From: Eubacteriales bacterium
Lineage (GTDB): Bacteria > Bacillota > Clostridia > Peptostreptococcales > Anaerovoracaceae
Assembly: GCA_037144355.1 (NCBI GenBank)
Contig: JBAWWY010000007.1
Coordinates: 1,083-65,082 of the forward strand
Direction of reading: 5' to 3'
DNA: 64,000 nt
Of the stretch, positions 17,675 to 25,538 are shown one piece after another. Each line of letters starts with the position of its first letter. Position 1 is the first letter of the stretch. The notes below the pieces were generated by a model that was given only the letters and a program-made list of their open reading frames with translations, was not told the DNA's origin and ran no database searches. Made by a program: the position numbers and the translations under genes.

Positions 17675-18451
17675 TTAAGATGTTTTATTCATGTTTTCAT
17701 TGTTATTTTTCGCAATGAGTGCGGCGCCAATTGCTCCAGCGAATTCTGAGTGACGATGTATTTCAAGCTCCATTCCCATTTGCATTTCCAATGCGGTTTT
17801 TAGAGCATTGCAATTTGCCCCGCCACCTACCAGCACTCCTTTTCCTTCTTTGAATTTTATTGCCATGGAATAAATCCTTTTGGCAATTGACTGATAGATT
17901 CCTCCAATTATGTTATCAATATTCTCTCCGGAAGCGATTAAACCAATAATCTCACTTTCAGCAAAGACCGTACACATACTGCTTATTTGTGATGGTTGCT
18001 TGAAATTTGCCTGTTCAGCAAATACCTTCATATCCATTCCAAGCCTCTCTGCCATTACTTGCAAAAACTTTCCAGTTCCAGCGGCACATTTGTCATTCAT
18101 GATAAAATCAAGAACTTTACCTGAATGATTGACTTTTATCACCTTGCAGTCTTGACCGCCAACATCGATAATAAAATCAATATCATGGAATAAATATGCG
18201 CTTCCCTTTGCATGGCACGTAATCTCAGTAATCTGCTCATTGGAAGGATAAAGGCCTCTTCCGTACCCAGTTGTTACAGAATAAGAGACATCTCCTTTTG
18301 TCTTTTGACATTGTTCCAACAATTCTGCGACCATATGCTCGGCCCCAACTCTGGGGTTCCAACCGGTCTCTGTTTTTTCGAAATATATTTCACCTTGATC
18401 AATCGCAACTGCTTTGATAAAAGTTGAACCTACATCAATTCCTAAATACAA
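17675..18451 (-). CDS. BcrAD/BadFG/HgdC-family ATPase (activase of 2-hydroxyacyl-CoA dehydratase / benzoyl-CoA reductase type)
   Basis: 258 aa. YLGIDVGSTFIKAV (ASKHA phosphate-1), DVGGQD, NDKCAAGTGKF and CTVFAESE (cluster-bridging Cys motifs). Apparent TTG start after RBS agaagga. Confidence 0.8.
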   Translation of the reverse strand: MYLGIDVGSTFIKAVAIDQGEIYFEKTETGWNPRVGAEHMVAELLEQCQKTKGDVSYSVTTGYGRGLYPSNEQITEITCHAKGSAYLFHDIDFIIDVGGQDCKVIKVNHSGKVLDFIMNDKCAAGTGKFLQVMAERLGMDMKVFAEQANFKQPSQISSMCTVFAESEIIGLIASGENIDNIIGGIYQSIAKRIYSMAIKFKEGKGVLVGGGANCNALKTALEMQMGMELEIHRHSEFAGAIGAALIAKNNNENMNKTS

Positions 18452-18814
18452 AACATCCTTCTTTCATGTCCATAGTCTATCTGTCAGATCCCAGTCCCAC
18501 AATAAAATAGACTATTCTTATAAAAAGACCAGCCTTCATGACTAACAATTAATTACTCAAAATACTAATCATCCAATTTGACAATTAGTTATTGTAATTT
18601 TGTCAGTAGGCCTTCTCCTTTTCACAATGGAGTAGAATCTATTATTTAATTTATTGGTTTTAGGCTAACATATTCGCAATTTTTTGTCAATGATTAAAGT
18701 AACATTATAAGTGTGTCCGCCTATGCGTGAATTGCCTTTTTCCAACGTTAATTCCAAATTAGCATTAAATATTGTGCCAGGTTTGAAACTAATATTATAA
18801 AATGCTTCAGACAA

Positions 18815-19372
18815 TTATTGTGCCATTTTCTTGCCTAGTTCAAATGCCTTGCTTAATGTTTCATCATTAGTCGCAATTTCCCCAGATTCTCCTGCTGTAG
18901 CATGAACAATTCCAGCAATTTCTCCCCCACAATGGTTAAATATATCCTGAAATGTTCTAAAAGCATTGACTGCTCCGGAAGAAAATGCATCTTCATCTGC
19001 ATAAGTCATAATTATGCCTGCTTGCTTATTTTCCAAAAATAGTTCGTTTTTCATGTAAACTGAAAACCATCGGTCAATAAACAGTTTCATTTGCCCCGAC
19101 ATATTGAACCAATATACTGGGCTCGCCAATATTATCCCATCCGCTTCTTCAATTGATTTATAAAATTTTTTCATGTCATCTTCTATTATGCAATCAATAT
19201 TCTCATCGGAACAACTTTCGCATGCAATACAAGGTTTGATTGATTCATTTCTTAGAAGAATTTCAATTACCAATCCCCCTTTAGATAGAACTCCTTCTAT
19301 TGCCTTGTCAGCAAGTAGGTCTGTGTTTCCGCCAGCTCTTGGACTTCCTTTTACTACAAGTATTCTTTTCAT
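18815..19372 (-). CDS. Flavodoxin-like fold NAD(P)H-dependent FMN reductase / iron-sulfur flavoprotein-like protein
   Basis: MKRILVVKGSPRAGGNTDLL N-terminus, CIACESC motif, and ASPVYWFNMSGQMK. Start set at the second ATG, which has better RBS spacing. Confidence 0.7.
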   Translation of the reverse strand: MKRILVVKGSPRAGGNTDLLADKAIEGVLSKGGLVIEILLRNESIKPCIACESCSDENIDCIIEDDMKKFYKSIEEADGIILASPVYWFNMSGQMKLFIDRWFSVYMKNELFLENKQAGIIMTYADEDAFSSGAVNAFRTFQDIFNHCGGEIAGIVHATAGESGEIATNDETLSKAFELGKKMAQ

Positions 19373-19414
19373 TTTTCCCATCCTTTTAACAAGTTTCCTT
19401 GTTCAATATTATAT

Positions 19415-19807
19415 CTAGTGCTTATGCCCTTCACAACTTCCTTGATGGATATGGATATCATCTTCCTCATTTTCCGGATTTTTAAAATATCCCAAATTTT
19501 GCGAATTCATTCTATTGATTGCTTCTTTTGCCGTGAGACCTCTTCCATCAAAGCGGGTAACCCCTTCATTAGCCAATATATTAAAGGCTTCATAGTTTAA
19601 GATTCCTGAGATAAGGGCTTCGCAGTTTTCTTCTATTACAACAACCGCCAAGGCTGTTTCCGGCATATCGAATGGATAACTTGATTTTGAACTCATTCTC
19701 AACGTATCATCATCGATCTCCATGATTAATAGGAATTTCGACATGGAAAATCTTTCATCAATAATTCCATCCACGTTGTCTATATTTGTTGAAATCGCTA
19801 TTTTCAT
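19415..19807 (-). CDS. NifB/NifX-family (dinitrogenase FeMo-cofactor-binding fold) small protein with a His/Cys-rich tail
   Basis: 130 aa. MKIAIST...DERFSMSKFLLIMEID pattern, and C-terminal HIHQGSCEGHKH. Confidence 0.5.
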   Translation of the reverse strand: MKIAISTNIDNVDGIIDERFSMSKFLLIMEIDDDTLRMSSKSSYPFDMPETALAVVVIEENCEALISGILNYEAFNILANEGVTRFDGRGLTAKEAINRMNSQNLGYFKNPENEEDDIHIHQGSCEGHKH

Positions 19808-20037
19808 ATTTCCCCCTTAGTAAAATCTTCTTGTTTTGTAGTATGTAAATCTCACTTCATTATAGTAAATGTCCTATTGATTATATTTTACCTGGTTTTC
19901 ATTTGTCAAATACTAAAACATTATTATAGAAGCAAAATTCATGTAAATGGTTTTTACAACCATTATGAAATCCTTATGGTTTGATGGTATAATATGCAAA
20001 ACAATTGTATTATTTTTTACTAATAGGAGAGTGGGCT

Positions 20038-20997
20038 ATGATAAAGTTGATAATCTTTGGAACGGGTGTTGGTTTAAATAAATTATTGAAGGCAATTGCA
20101 TATGAGCATATTAAGATAGTGGCTATCGTCGACAATGATCATAAGAAATGGGGAAATTCCATATGTTTGCTGCAAGTTCAATCCCCTGATGTGATTAAGA
20201 ATCTTGAGTTTGATTTCATCGTAATTGCAAGTCAATCTTATAACCAAATATTACAGCAGTTATTAATGATGGGTATCGATAGGAAAAATCTAATAAATTT
20301 CTTTTCTGCAAATTTATGGGATTTCACTGGAGTTCCAACTTTAAGTATATATGATACTAGTAAACTTTCTGAAGATAGGTTGATTATTAACACCATGGAG
20401 AAGCTAGGTCGGAAAAGATTGTTAGATACCAGTGATGGCGATTATGTAAGGCGTTCGACTTTAGAATTGATGGCCAGCGAAATATACTCAAAGAATCTTT
20501 CTGGGAATGTGGCTGAACTGGGTGTTTATCAAGGTGGTTTTGCAAGAATTTTGAATGAAGTATTTTCCGATCGCTTGCTTTACCTATTTGATACGTTTGA
20601 AGGTTTTGACCAAAAGGATATTGAGGAGGAACTCCTCCATGATTATTCGAAATCAAGTACGAGGACTTTTTCGAACACAAGTGCCGATGCTGTACTGCAG
20701 TCTATGCCTCATCCTGAAAATTGCATAATTAAAAAAGGATACTTTCCCCATACAACTCAAGATATTGATGATGCTTTTTCTTTTGTGAGCATTGATGCGG
20801 ATTTGTTCAATCCAACCTATGAGGGTCTGAAATATTTCTATCCGCGTCTTGTCAAAGGTGGATATATATTAATTCATGACTATAATAATATAGACTATTT
20901 AGGTGTTAAGGATGCTGTGAAGCAGTTCTGTAATGAGTTTGGAATTCCTTATTTTCCACTCAGTGATATTTGTGGAAGTGTTTGCATATCAAAATAA
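20038..20997 (+). CDS. TylF/MycF-type (macrocin-O-methyltransferase family) methyltransferase with an N-terminal Rossmann-like extension
   Basis: NVAELGVYQGGFARIL, FDTFEGF, SIDADLF and ILIHDY motifs. Start moved to ATG 20038, which follows aggaga. Confidence 0.65.
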   Translation: MIKLIIFGTGVGLNKLLKAIAYEHIKIVAIVDNDHKKWGNSICLLQVQSPDVIKNLEFDFIVIASQSYNQILQQLLMMGIDRKNLINFFSANLWDFTGVPTLSIYDTSKLSEDRLIINTMEKLGRKRLLDTSDGDYVRRSTLELMASEIYSKNLSGNVAELGVYQGGFARILNEVFSDRLLYLFDTFEGFDQKDIEEELLHDYSKSSTRTFSNTSADAVLQSMPHPENCIIKKGYFPHTTQDIDDAFSFVSIDADLFNPTYEGLKYFYPRLVKGGYILIHDYNNIDYLGVKDAVKQFCNEFGIPYFPLSDICGSVCISK

Positions 20998-21031
20998 TCG
21001 AATCCATAAAGCCTCATTCAATTACTATTAA

Positions 21032-21409
21032 CTAGATTTTTATTTTATTGGAGGTATTATTTAGTTTCGCGACTATATTATACATATTTGATACAGTACC
21101 AATTATCAATTTCTCAGTCAGTTTATAATAGTTTAAACATGTACCGCATGATAGTATTTCAACCCCTTCTGCCTCCAATGTTCTTAAGCTCTCCACAACA
21201 GTTGAGTCTTCAGTTGTAAGGAAAACACCTCTGTTTAGAAATATTAGAGTATCTGGCCTTGGATTGACTTCTGTAAGGCTGTATATAAAACTTTTCATGA
21301 GATTCTCACTAAGTTCTTTTTCTCCTTGTCCAAATTGGTCTGAAGTGATAACAATCACCATTTTATCATCCAAGCAAGGTTTTGATTTAATGTCCATTGA
21401 TCCATTCAC
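21032..21409 (-). CDS. DsrE-like protein, paralogue of the C-terminal half of YedF (no TusA domain)
   Basis: 125 aa, collinear with YedF residues ~85-192: QFGQGEKELSENLMKSFIYSLTEVNPRPDTLIFLNRGVF...ESLRTLEAEGVEILSCGTCLNYY...VSNMYNIVAKLNNTSNKIKI. Confidence 0.7.
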   Translation of the reverse strand: MNGSMDIKSKPCLDDKMVIVITSDQFGQGEKELSENLMKSFIYSLTEVNPRPDTLIFLNRGVFLTTEDSTVVESLRTLEAEGVEILSCGTCLNYYKLTEKLIIGTVSNMYNIVAKLNNTSNKIKI

Positions 21410-21483
21410 TAGCTTTCCTCCTCGTTTGCTCTTTTAGTTTTTTATATCCTCTAAATTATAATACTCCTCATTGAATTGTCAAA

Positions 21484-21520
21484 TAAAAAGCCAACCCCGA
21501 CGTTATTCGAGGTTGGCTTA
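21484..21520 (-). terminator. Rho-independent terminator downstream of 21560-22708
   Basis: Minus strand: AGCCAACC-loop-GGTTGGCTTTTTATTT. Confidence 0.7.
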
Positions 21521-21559
21521 TATACAATGCTTAATTCATATTCTTATTGTCTCTTTTTA

Positions 21560-22708
21560 CTATATCATCTCAATTAGAGCACTAACTCTAACTTTAAGCT
21601 GTTCCAAATCTGAAGATGAATAATCCGTTTCAATATGCAAATATGGAAGACCTAGCTTTTCTTTGACAAGTTTTTCTATTGCTACGGCTTCAATATTGTA
21701 AGTATGGCATGCCTGCCAAGTCAAATCAATGACTGCATCTACTTTGAATTCACGTGCAAGCATTTCCAGCTTTTCTTCCCTCATGTTATTTGGTGACATT
21801 ATCGAGCAAGGTATTTGAATATATCTTTGCGCAAGTGCTAAATAAGGATCCTCTACCGCAAGTTTTTCATCAACCAGCAAGTCCACAGTTTTATACCCTG
21901 TACAGTTTTCAAAGACAACAATATTGCCGCCGCATTCTTCAACAATGGAAAATATTTTATCACTGCCTACTCCTGTGGGAACTCCAGTAAGTAAAATCCT
22001 TGGTGTGCTCATAGAGTCATTGTATATTTGGCTCGCAATATTCTTTTCCAATTCAGAAATTAGGTTCTCAATCATATGAATCCGCTCAATCCTATTTAGA
22101 TGGAATCCGCTTTGCCATGAAACTTTTAGCATTTCCTTTCCGGAAATGACTGCAGGTTTGTTTTTATTCAAGTCAAAAAGTTTTTTGACAGTTCTTCTTT
22201 CTTTATTAAGTAGTTTTATCGACCCGATTATTTCATCTTGAGAAACCACTTTCCCTGTAACTTCTTGAATATGTTCCTTAAGTCTTATTATTTCATCTTT
22301 CATTACCGCAAGGGCTTGTTCGCTTTGATTTGGAAGCATTTGCATAATATGAACATTTTTAAATCCAGACATAAGTTCATACATTTTTTTCTTCCCATCA
22401 CAAGTTGTCTCTCCAACAATCATATCTGAAAAAAAGAAGTAGGGGCATTTATCTGATACAGCAAAGCCATATGAGGATTTAATCAATGGGCATAGGTTCC
22501 TTGGCAGGTCCTTTTCCGCATCGATTATGGGTTCTTCCTTCGTGCCACATAAAGTAACAGCATAAGCTCCGGCAGCATCTGCAATTTCCTGTGGTGCATA
22601 TGTGCAGTAAAAGCCAAATGTTTTTTTGCCAGTGTCCTTTGATTCTTTTAAAATCATCATATTCTGGTCTCTTAGATTGTCAAATTGTTTTGTTGCTTCG
22701 ATTGTCAT
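21560..22708 (-). CDS. 2-hydroxyacyl-CoA dehydratase (HgdB/BcrBC) superfamily protein, possibly double-cubane-cluster-protein-like
   Basis: 382 aa single-subunit member. FGFYCTYAPQEI, LCGT, NLCPLIKSS, ETTCDGKKKM, NCTGYK and WQACHTY give scattered conserved Cys. Stop is TAG, immediately followed by TAA. Confidence 0.6.
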   Translation of the reverse strand: MTIEATKQFDNLRDQNMMILKESKDTGKKTFGFYCTYAPQEIADAAGAYAVTLCGTKEEPIIDAEKDLPRNLCPLIKSSYGFAVSDKCPYFFFSDMIVGETTCDGKKKMYELMSGFKNVHIMQMLPNQSEQALAVMKDEIIRLKEHIQEVTGKVVSQDEIIGSIKLLNKERRTVKKLFDLNKNKPAVISGKEMLKVSWQSGFHLNRIERIHMIENLISELEKNIASQIYNDSMSTPRILLTGVPTGVGSDKIFSIVEECGGNIVVFENCTGYKTVDLLVDEKLAVEDPYLALAQRYIQIPCSIMSPNNMREEKLEMLAREFKVDAVIDLTWQACHTYNIEAVAIEKLVKEKLGLPYLHIETDYSSSDLEQLKVRVSALIEMI

Positions 22709-22720
22709 AGTTATTCCTTC

Positions 22721-23311
22721 CTATTCTTTCACTTTAATACTTTTACCATTATAAAATGGATTGTTGCCCTTTGAAAGCATGTCTTTTGGAAGCCTTGTGA
22801 ATAAAAAAGCTACCAATAAGGCCGTGAATATCTTATCTATGAAATTACCTGTAATTCTTGGAATAAAGGCGGCAGTAAAGATATCCTGACCGCTTTTTAC
22901 CAGCCATAAGAATATGAAGTCATTTCCTCCGCCAGTTATTCCTCCATAGATCCAAACAGCGATTGGTGATCCAATCAATGGCGCAACAACGGAAATAATC
23001 AATCCCGTAATAAGCGCGGTTACGTAATTAAACTTGAACTTCCTAGCAATAAAGCCTACTATAATTCCAATTGCAATATTAACCAAGGCAAATGGGATAT
23101 CTTTAGGATTTGTGATAACCCCTTGGATAACATTCGTAAGCAGCCCAATTAATGCTCCATACCAGGGTCCAAGAAGAACTGCCCCGAAGAAAGTGCCAAC
23201 CGTGTCAAGAAAAATCAACGGTATTTTAAATAGCTGAACGACAGTCCCAAGTATTAAATTGATAGCTATGCAAATTGCACTGAAAGTGATAAAAAAATTC
23301 TTTGATTGCAT
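22721..23311 (-). CDS. ECF-transporter substrate-capture (S) component-like membrane protein
   Basis: 196 aa, about 6 TM. LILGTVVQLFKIPLIFLDTVGTFFGAVLLGPWYGALIGLLTN resembles S-component signatures. No EcfAAT genes are present in the window. Confidence 0.55.
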   Translation of the reverse strand: MQSKNFFITFSAICIAINLILGTVVQLFKIPLIFLDTVGTFFGAVLLGPWYGALIGLLTNVIQGVITNPKDIPFALVNIAIGIIVGFIARKFKFNYVTALITGLIISVVAPLIGSPIAVWIYGGITGGGNDFIFLWLVKSGQDIFTAAFIPRITGNFIDKIFTALLVAFLFTRLPKDMLSKGNNPFYNGKSIKVKE

Positions 23312-23328
23312 TTTGTTGCCTCCTTCTA

Positions 23329-23883
23329 TTAAATAAATATTTCATTTATTGCAAAAATTCCCAATTCAGGATTCTCTTCATCCAAAGCTATAAATTTCAT
23401 TTTGATTTGATTTTCTAAAAGGCATTTTTCTATTTCCTCAATGAAAATACCTTTGCCTTCAACCATTTTTAAATCTTTTATTTTGCTTTCGATTTCATTC
23501 CCATTACCAATTTCTCCACCCCAAACCCTTGAAGAGCATGTCTTGTGAACACCGCAACTTGGGCTACCGTCAATTCCTATTATCGCTCTAATGGTATAGC
23601 CATTATTATGATAATCTACTATTTGATCCAGAAATGGCATGAATAATTCTTTGCAATGTTTTCTAAAGTATGGTGTGTCATATTGTTCCTTAACTTGTCC
23701 CCATCTTCTTATTCCAGCGAATGTTGTTTCTGGACAAGGTAGTTGGATTATTCCTAACTTCTTGTCAATCAGATATGAAATTATGCTTTCCTCCAAACCA
23801 TCACCTTTGGATGAACCATCAACTTTTGAATGTCGATTTAATAGGCAGTGGCATGTCAGTACAATATCTTTTTTTCTTTCCAT
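23329..23883 (-). CDS. DUF523/TudS-related Cys-rich protein (putative [4Fe-4S] desulfidase-like)
   Basis: 184 aa with CHCLLN...VDG, LPCPE and DGSPSCGV. This is the three-Cys pattern I associate with DUF523/TudS proteins. Confidence 0.45.
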   Translation of the reverse strand: MERKKDIVLTCHCLLNRHSKVDGSSKGDGLEESIISYLIDKKLGIIQLPCPETTFAGIRRWGQVKEQYDTPYFRKHCKELFMPFLDQIVDYHNNGYTIRAIIGIDGSPSCGVHKTCSSRVWGGEIGNGNEIESKIKDLKMVEGKGIFIEEIEKCLLENQIKMKFIALDEENPELGIFAINEIFI

Positions 23884-23940
23884 AACAACCCCTTTTTCCT
23901 TTTCTCATAGCAAACTATGATATATATCACTTAATTATGA

Positions 23941-23958
23941 TTTGCAAAATTTATGCCA
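23941..23958 (-). promoter_or_regulatory. Sigma-54 (-24/-12) promoter for the operon 23883->21560
   Basis: Minus strand reads TGGCATAAATTTTGCA. GG and GC have the exact consensus spacing (TGGCAC-N5-TTGCW). It lies ~55 nt upstream of the ATG at 23883, adjacent to a sigma-54 activator gene. Confidence 0.75.
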
Positions 23959-24132
23959 TTACTCTAGTTTGTTGCAAATCAATGCTTTTGCAATTTACTA
24001 TTTCAAAATTGGCAAAAAAATGTACCAATTTGAATCAGCCTGTAAGGTGATGAACCAAATTGATACAATACCGTATTTTTACTTCATATCTCATTAATTT
24101 TCGGTAATTTATGTATTATTATGAAACAGTAT

Positions 24133-25521
24133 CTATTGATTATTATTTTTTAATAGCTTTCCCGCATGCAAGTTGTCGGTAAATTTTCCTTGATTAACCA
24201 CCATTTGACCATTTATTATCACATGGCTAATTCCCCTTGGTGGTGCGTCCGGTTGGCCTTTACCAATATATTCAGCGCAATCAATAATATTGTTATAATC
24301 AAAGATTACAATATCAGCATCCATATTTTCGCTAATCCTGCCCTTACCAGTCAACCCAAATCTTTCAGCAGGGAGAATAGTAATTTTTCTAATTGCTTCC
24401 ATCAAGTTTATTTCTTTTTTATCCCTTACATATCGTCCTATCAACCTTGGGAATGTACCTGATACCTCAGGAGATCCCATCCCAGGATAGTGAGGACCTT
24501 CAGCAGCACTTGTTGAGACAAAAATATACGGTTTCTTTAGAGCCATGGAAATCGCAGTTTCGTCACATACGAAGGCAGTAACCAATGTCCCCGGAAATTC
24601 TCTTCGAAGATATTCAAAAAGGTCTTCATCGCAATATGTCCCCATATATATTCCCGAAGTTATCAATAAATCTTTAGCGGAAAATTTTCCATATGCCTTC
24701 TCCCAGCCTGGATCAAAAATACTAGTTCCGATTCCCACTGAATAAGCATCATAAACCCCGCTGTCAGCTGTTATATCAAGCCCCTCAACTCTCCCTGCTT
24801 CTATGATTTCCAAGGCTTTTCCCATTGTACCCCCGATTCCCACCATATATACAAGTTCCAACAAGTGAATACTTGCTCCAGTAAACTCAGCAGCCTGTAT
24901 AACTTCGTCGAAATATTGAATTGCATCTTTTCCATCCTTTCTCAATTGGATGGTTACTGGCCTGTTATATCTTTTAGCTAATTTAGACAATTCAATGATT
25001 TCCCTAAAAGATGTCCCAGGTACAAATTCCAATCCAAAACAAATTCCATATGCACCATGGTCCATAAAACTTTCAGCCAAGTCTACCATGGTGTTTATTT
25101 CTTTCTTGGTTGCCGATACCCTTGGGTTCAATGCCCCTGCAGCAGCCCTCAATGTAAAGGAATGTGATATGAAAAATCCTTGGTTGACTACAAAACCATC
25201 TTCGGCAATTTTTCTTATGGTCCTGCCGTTCAGGTTTCTCTCTCCACCTAAAGTTGTTGTACCACCTTGTCTAACCAGGCACTTTGCCGAAAATTCATTT
25301 CCATCCACATGGGAATGAAAATCAATGAAACCTGGAGAAACAAATTTGCCTTTGGCATCAATCGTAACCTTGCCAAAGATTTTAATTCTTGTTATGATTT
25401 TAATTTTCCCATTGCTGATCCCTATATTGAATTCCTCAACTATTTCATTGACCACGTCAATAACCTGGCCATTCAAAATAACCAAATCATACTTTATTTC
25501 TTCTTCCAGATCTTTGTCCAT
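24133..25521 (-). CDS. Metal-dependent amidohydrolase (D-aminoacylase / cyclic amidase-like), paralogue 1
   Basis: 462 aa. SPGFIDFHSHVDG (HxH metal site), TTTLGGER, and C-terminal DADIVIFD. Confidence 0.75.
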   Translation of the reverse strand: MDKDLEEEIKYDLVILNGQVIDVVNEIVEEFNIGISNGKIKIITRIKIFGKVTIDAKGKFVSPGFIDFHSHVDGNEFSAKCLVRQGGTTTLGGERNLNGRTIRKIAEDGFVVNQGFFISHSFTLRAAAGALNPRVSATKKEINTMVDLAESFMDHGAYGICFGLEFVPGTSFREIIELSKLAKRYNRPVTIQLRKDGKDAIQYFDEVIQAAEFTGASIHLLELVYMVGIGGTMGKALEIIEAGRVEGLDITADSGVYDAYSVGIGTSIFDPGWEKAYGKFSAKDLLITSGIYMGTYCDEDLFEYLRREFPGTLVTAFVCDETAISMALKKPYIFVSTSAAEGPHYPGMGSPEVSGTFPRLIGRYVRDKKEINLMEAIRKITILPAERFGLTGKGRISENMDADIVIFDYNNIIDCAEYIGKGQPDAPPRGISHVIINGQMVVNQGKFTDNLHAGKLLKNNNQ

Positions 25522-25538
25522 TCAAACTCCCAACATTT

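Noticed and set aside
18757-18825. Two TGGCACAAT motifs on the minus strand: TGGCACAATAATTGTC at 18825-18810 and TGGCACAATATTTAATGC at 18778-18761. These could be sigma-54 promoters for the activase/MoeA-like/Mop genes.
   Set aside because: The first has TTGT instead of the highly conserved TTGC at -12 and overlaps the last codons of the flavoprotein gene. The second has its GC three positions too far away. Both lie ~300-350 nt from the start at 18451. They are near-misses, not called, though worth a PWM scan.
23972-23993. Inverted repeat TTGCAAA-N8-TTTGCAA immediately upstream of the sigma-54 promoter, considered as the main enhancer site.
   Set aside because: It lies only ~15-35 nt from the -24 element, closer than typical enhancer-binding-protein sites, and shares the TTGCA of the -12-like sequence. 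It is kept as a secondary note rather than a called feature.
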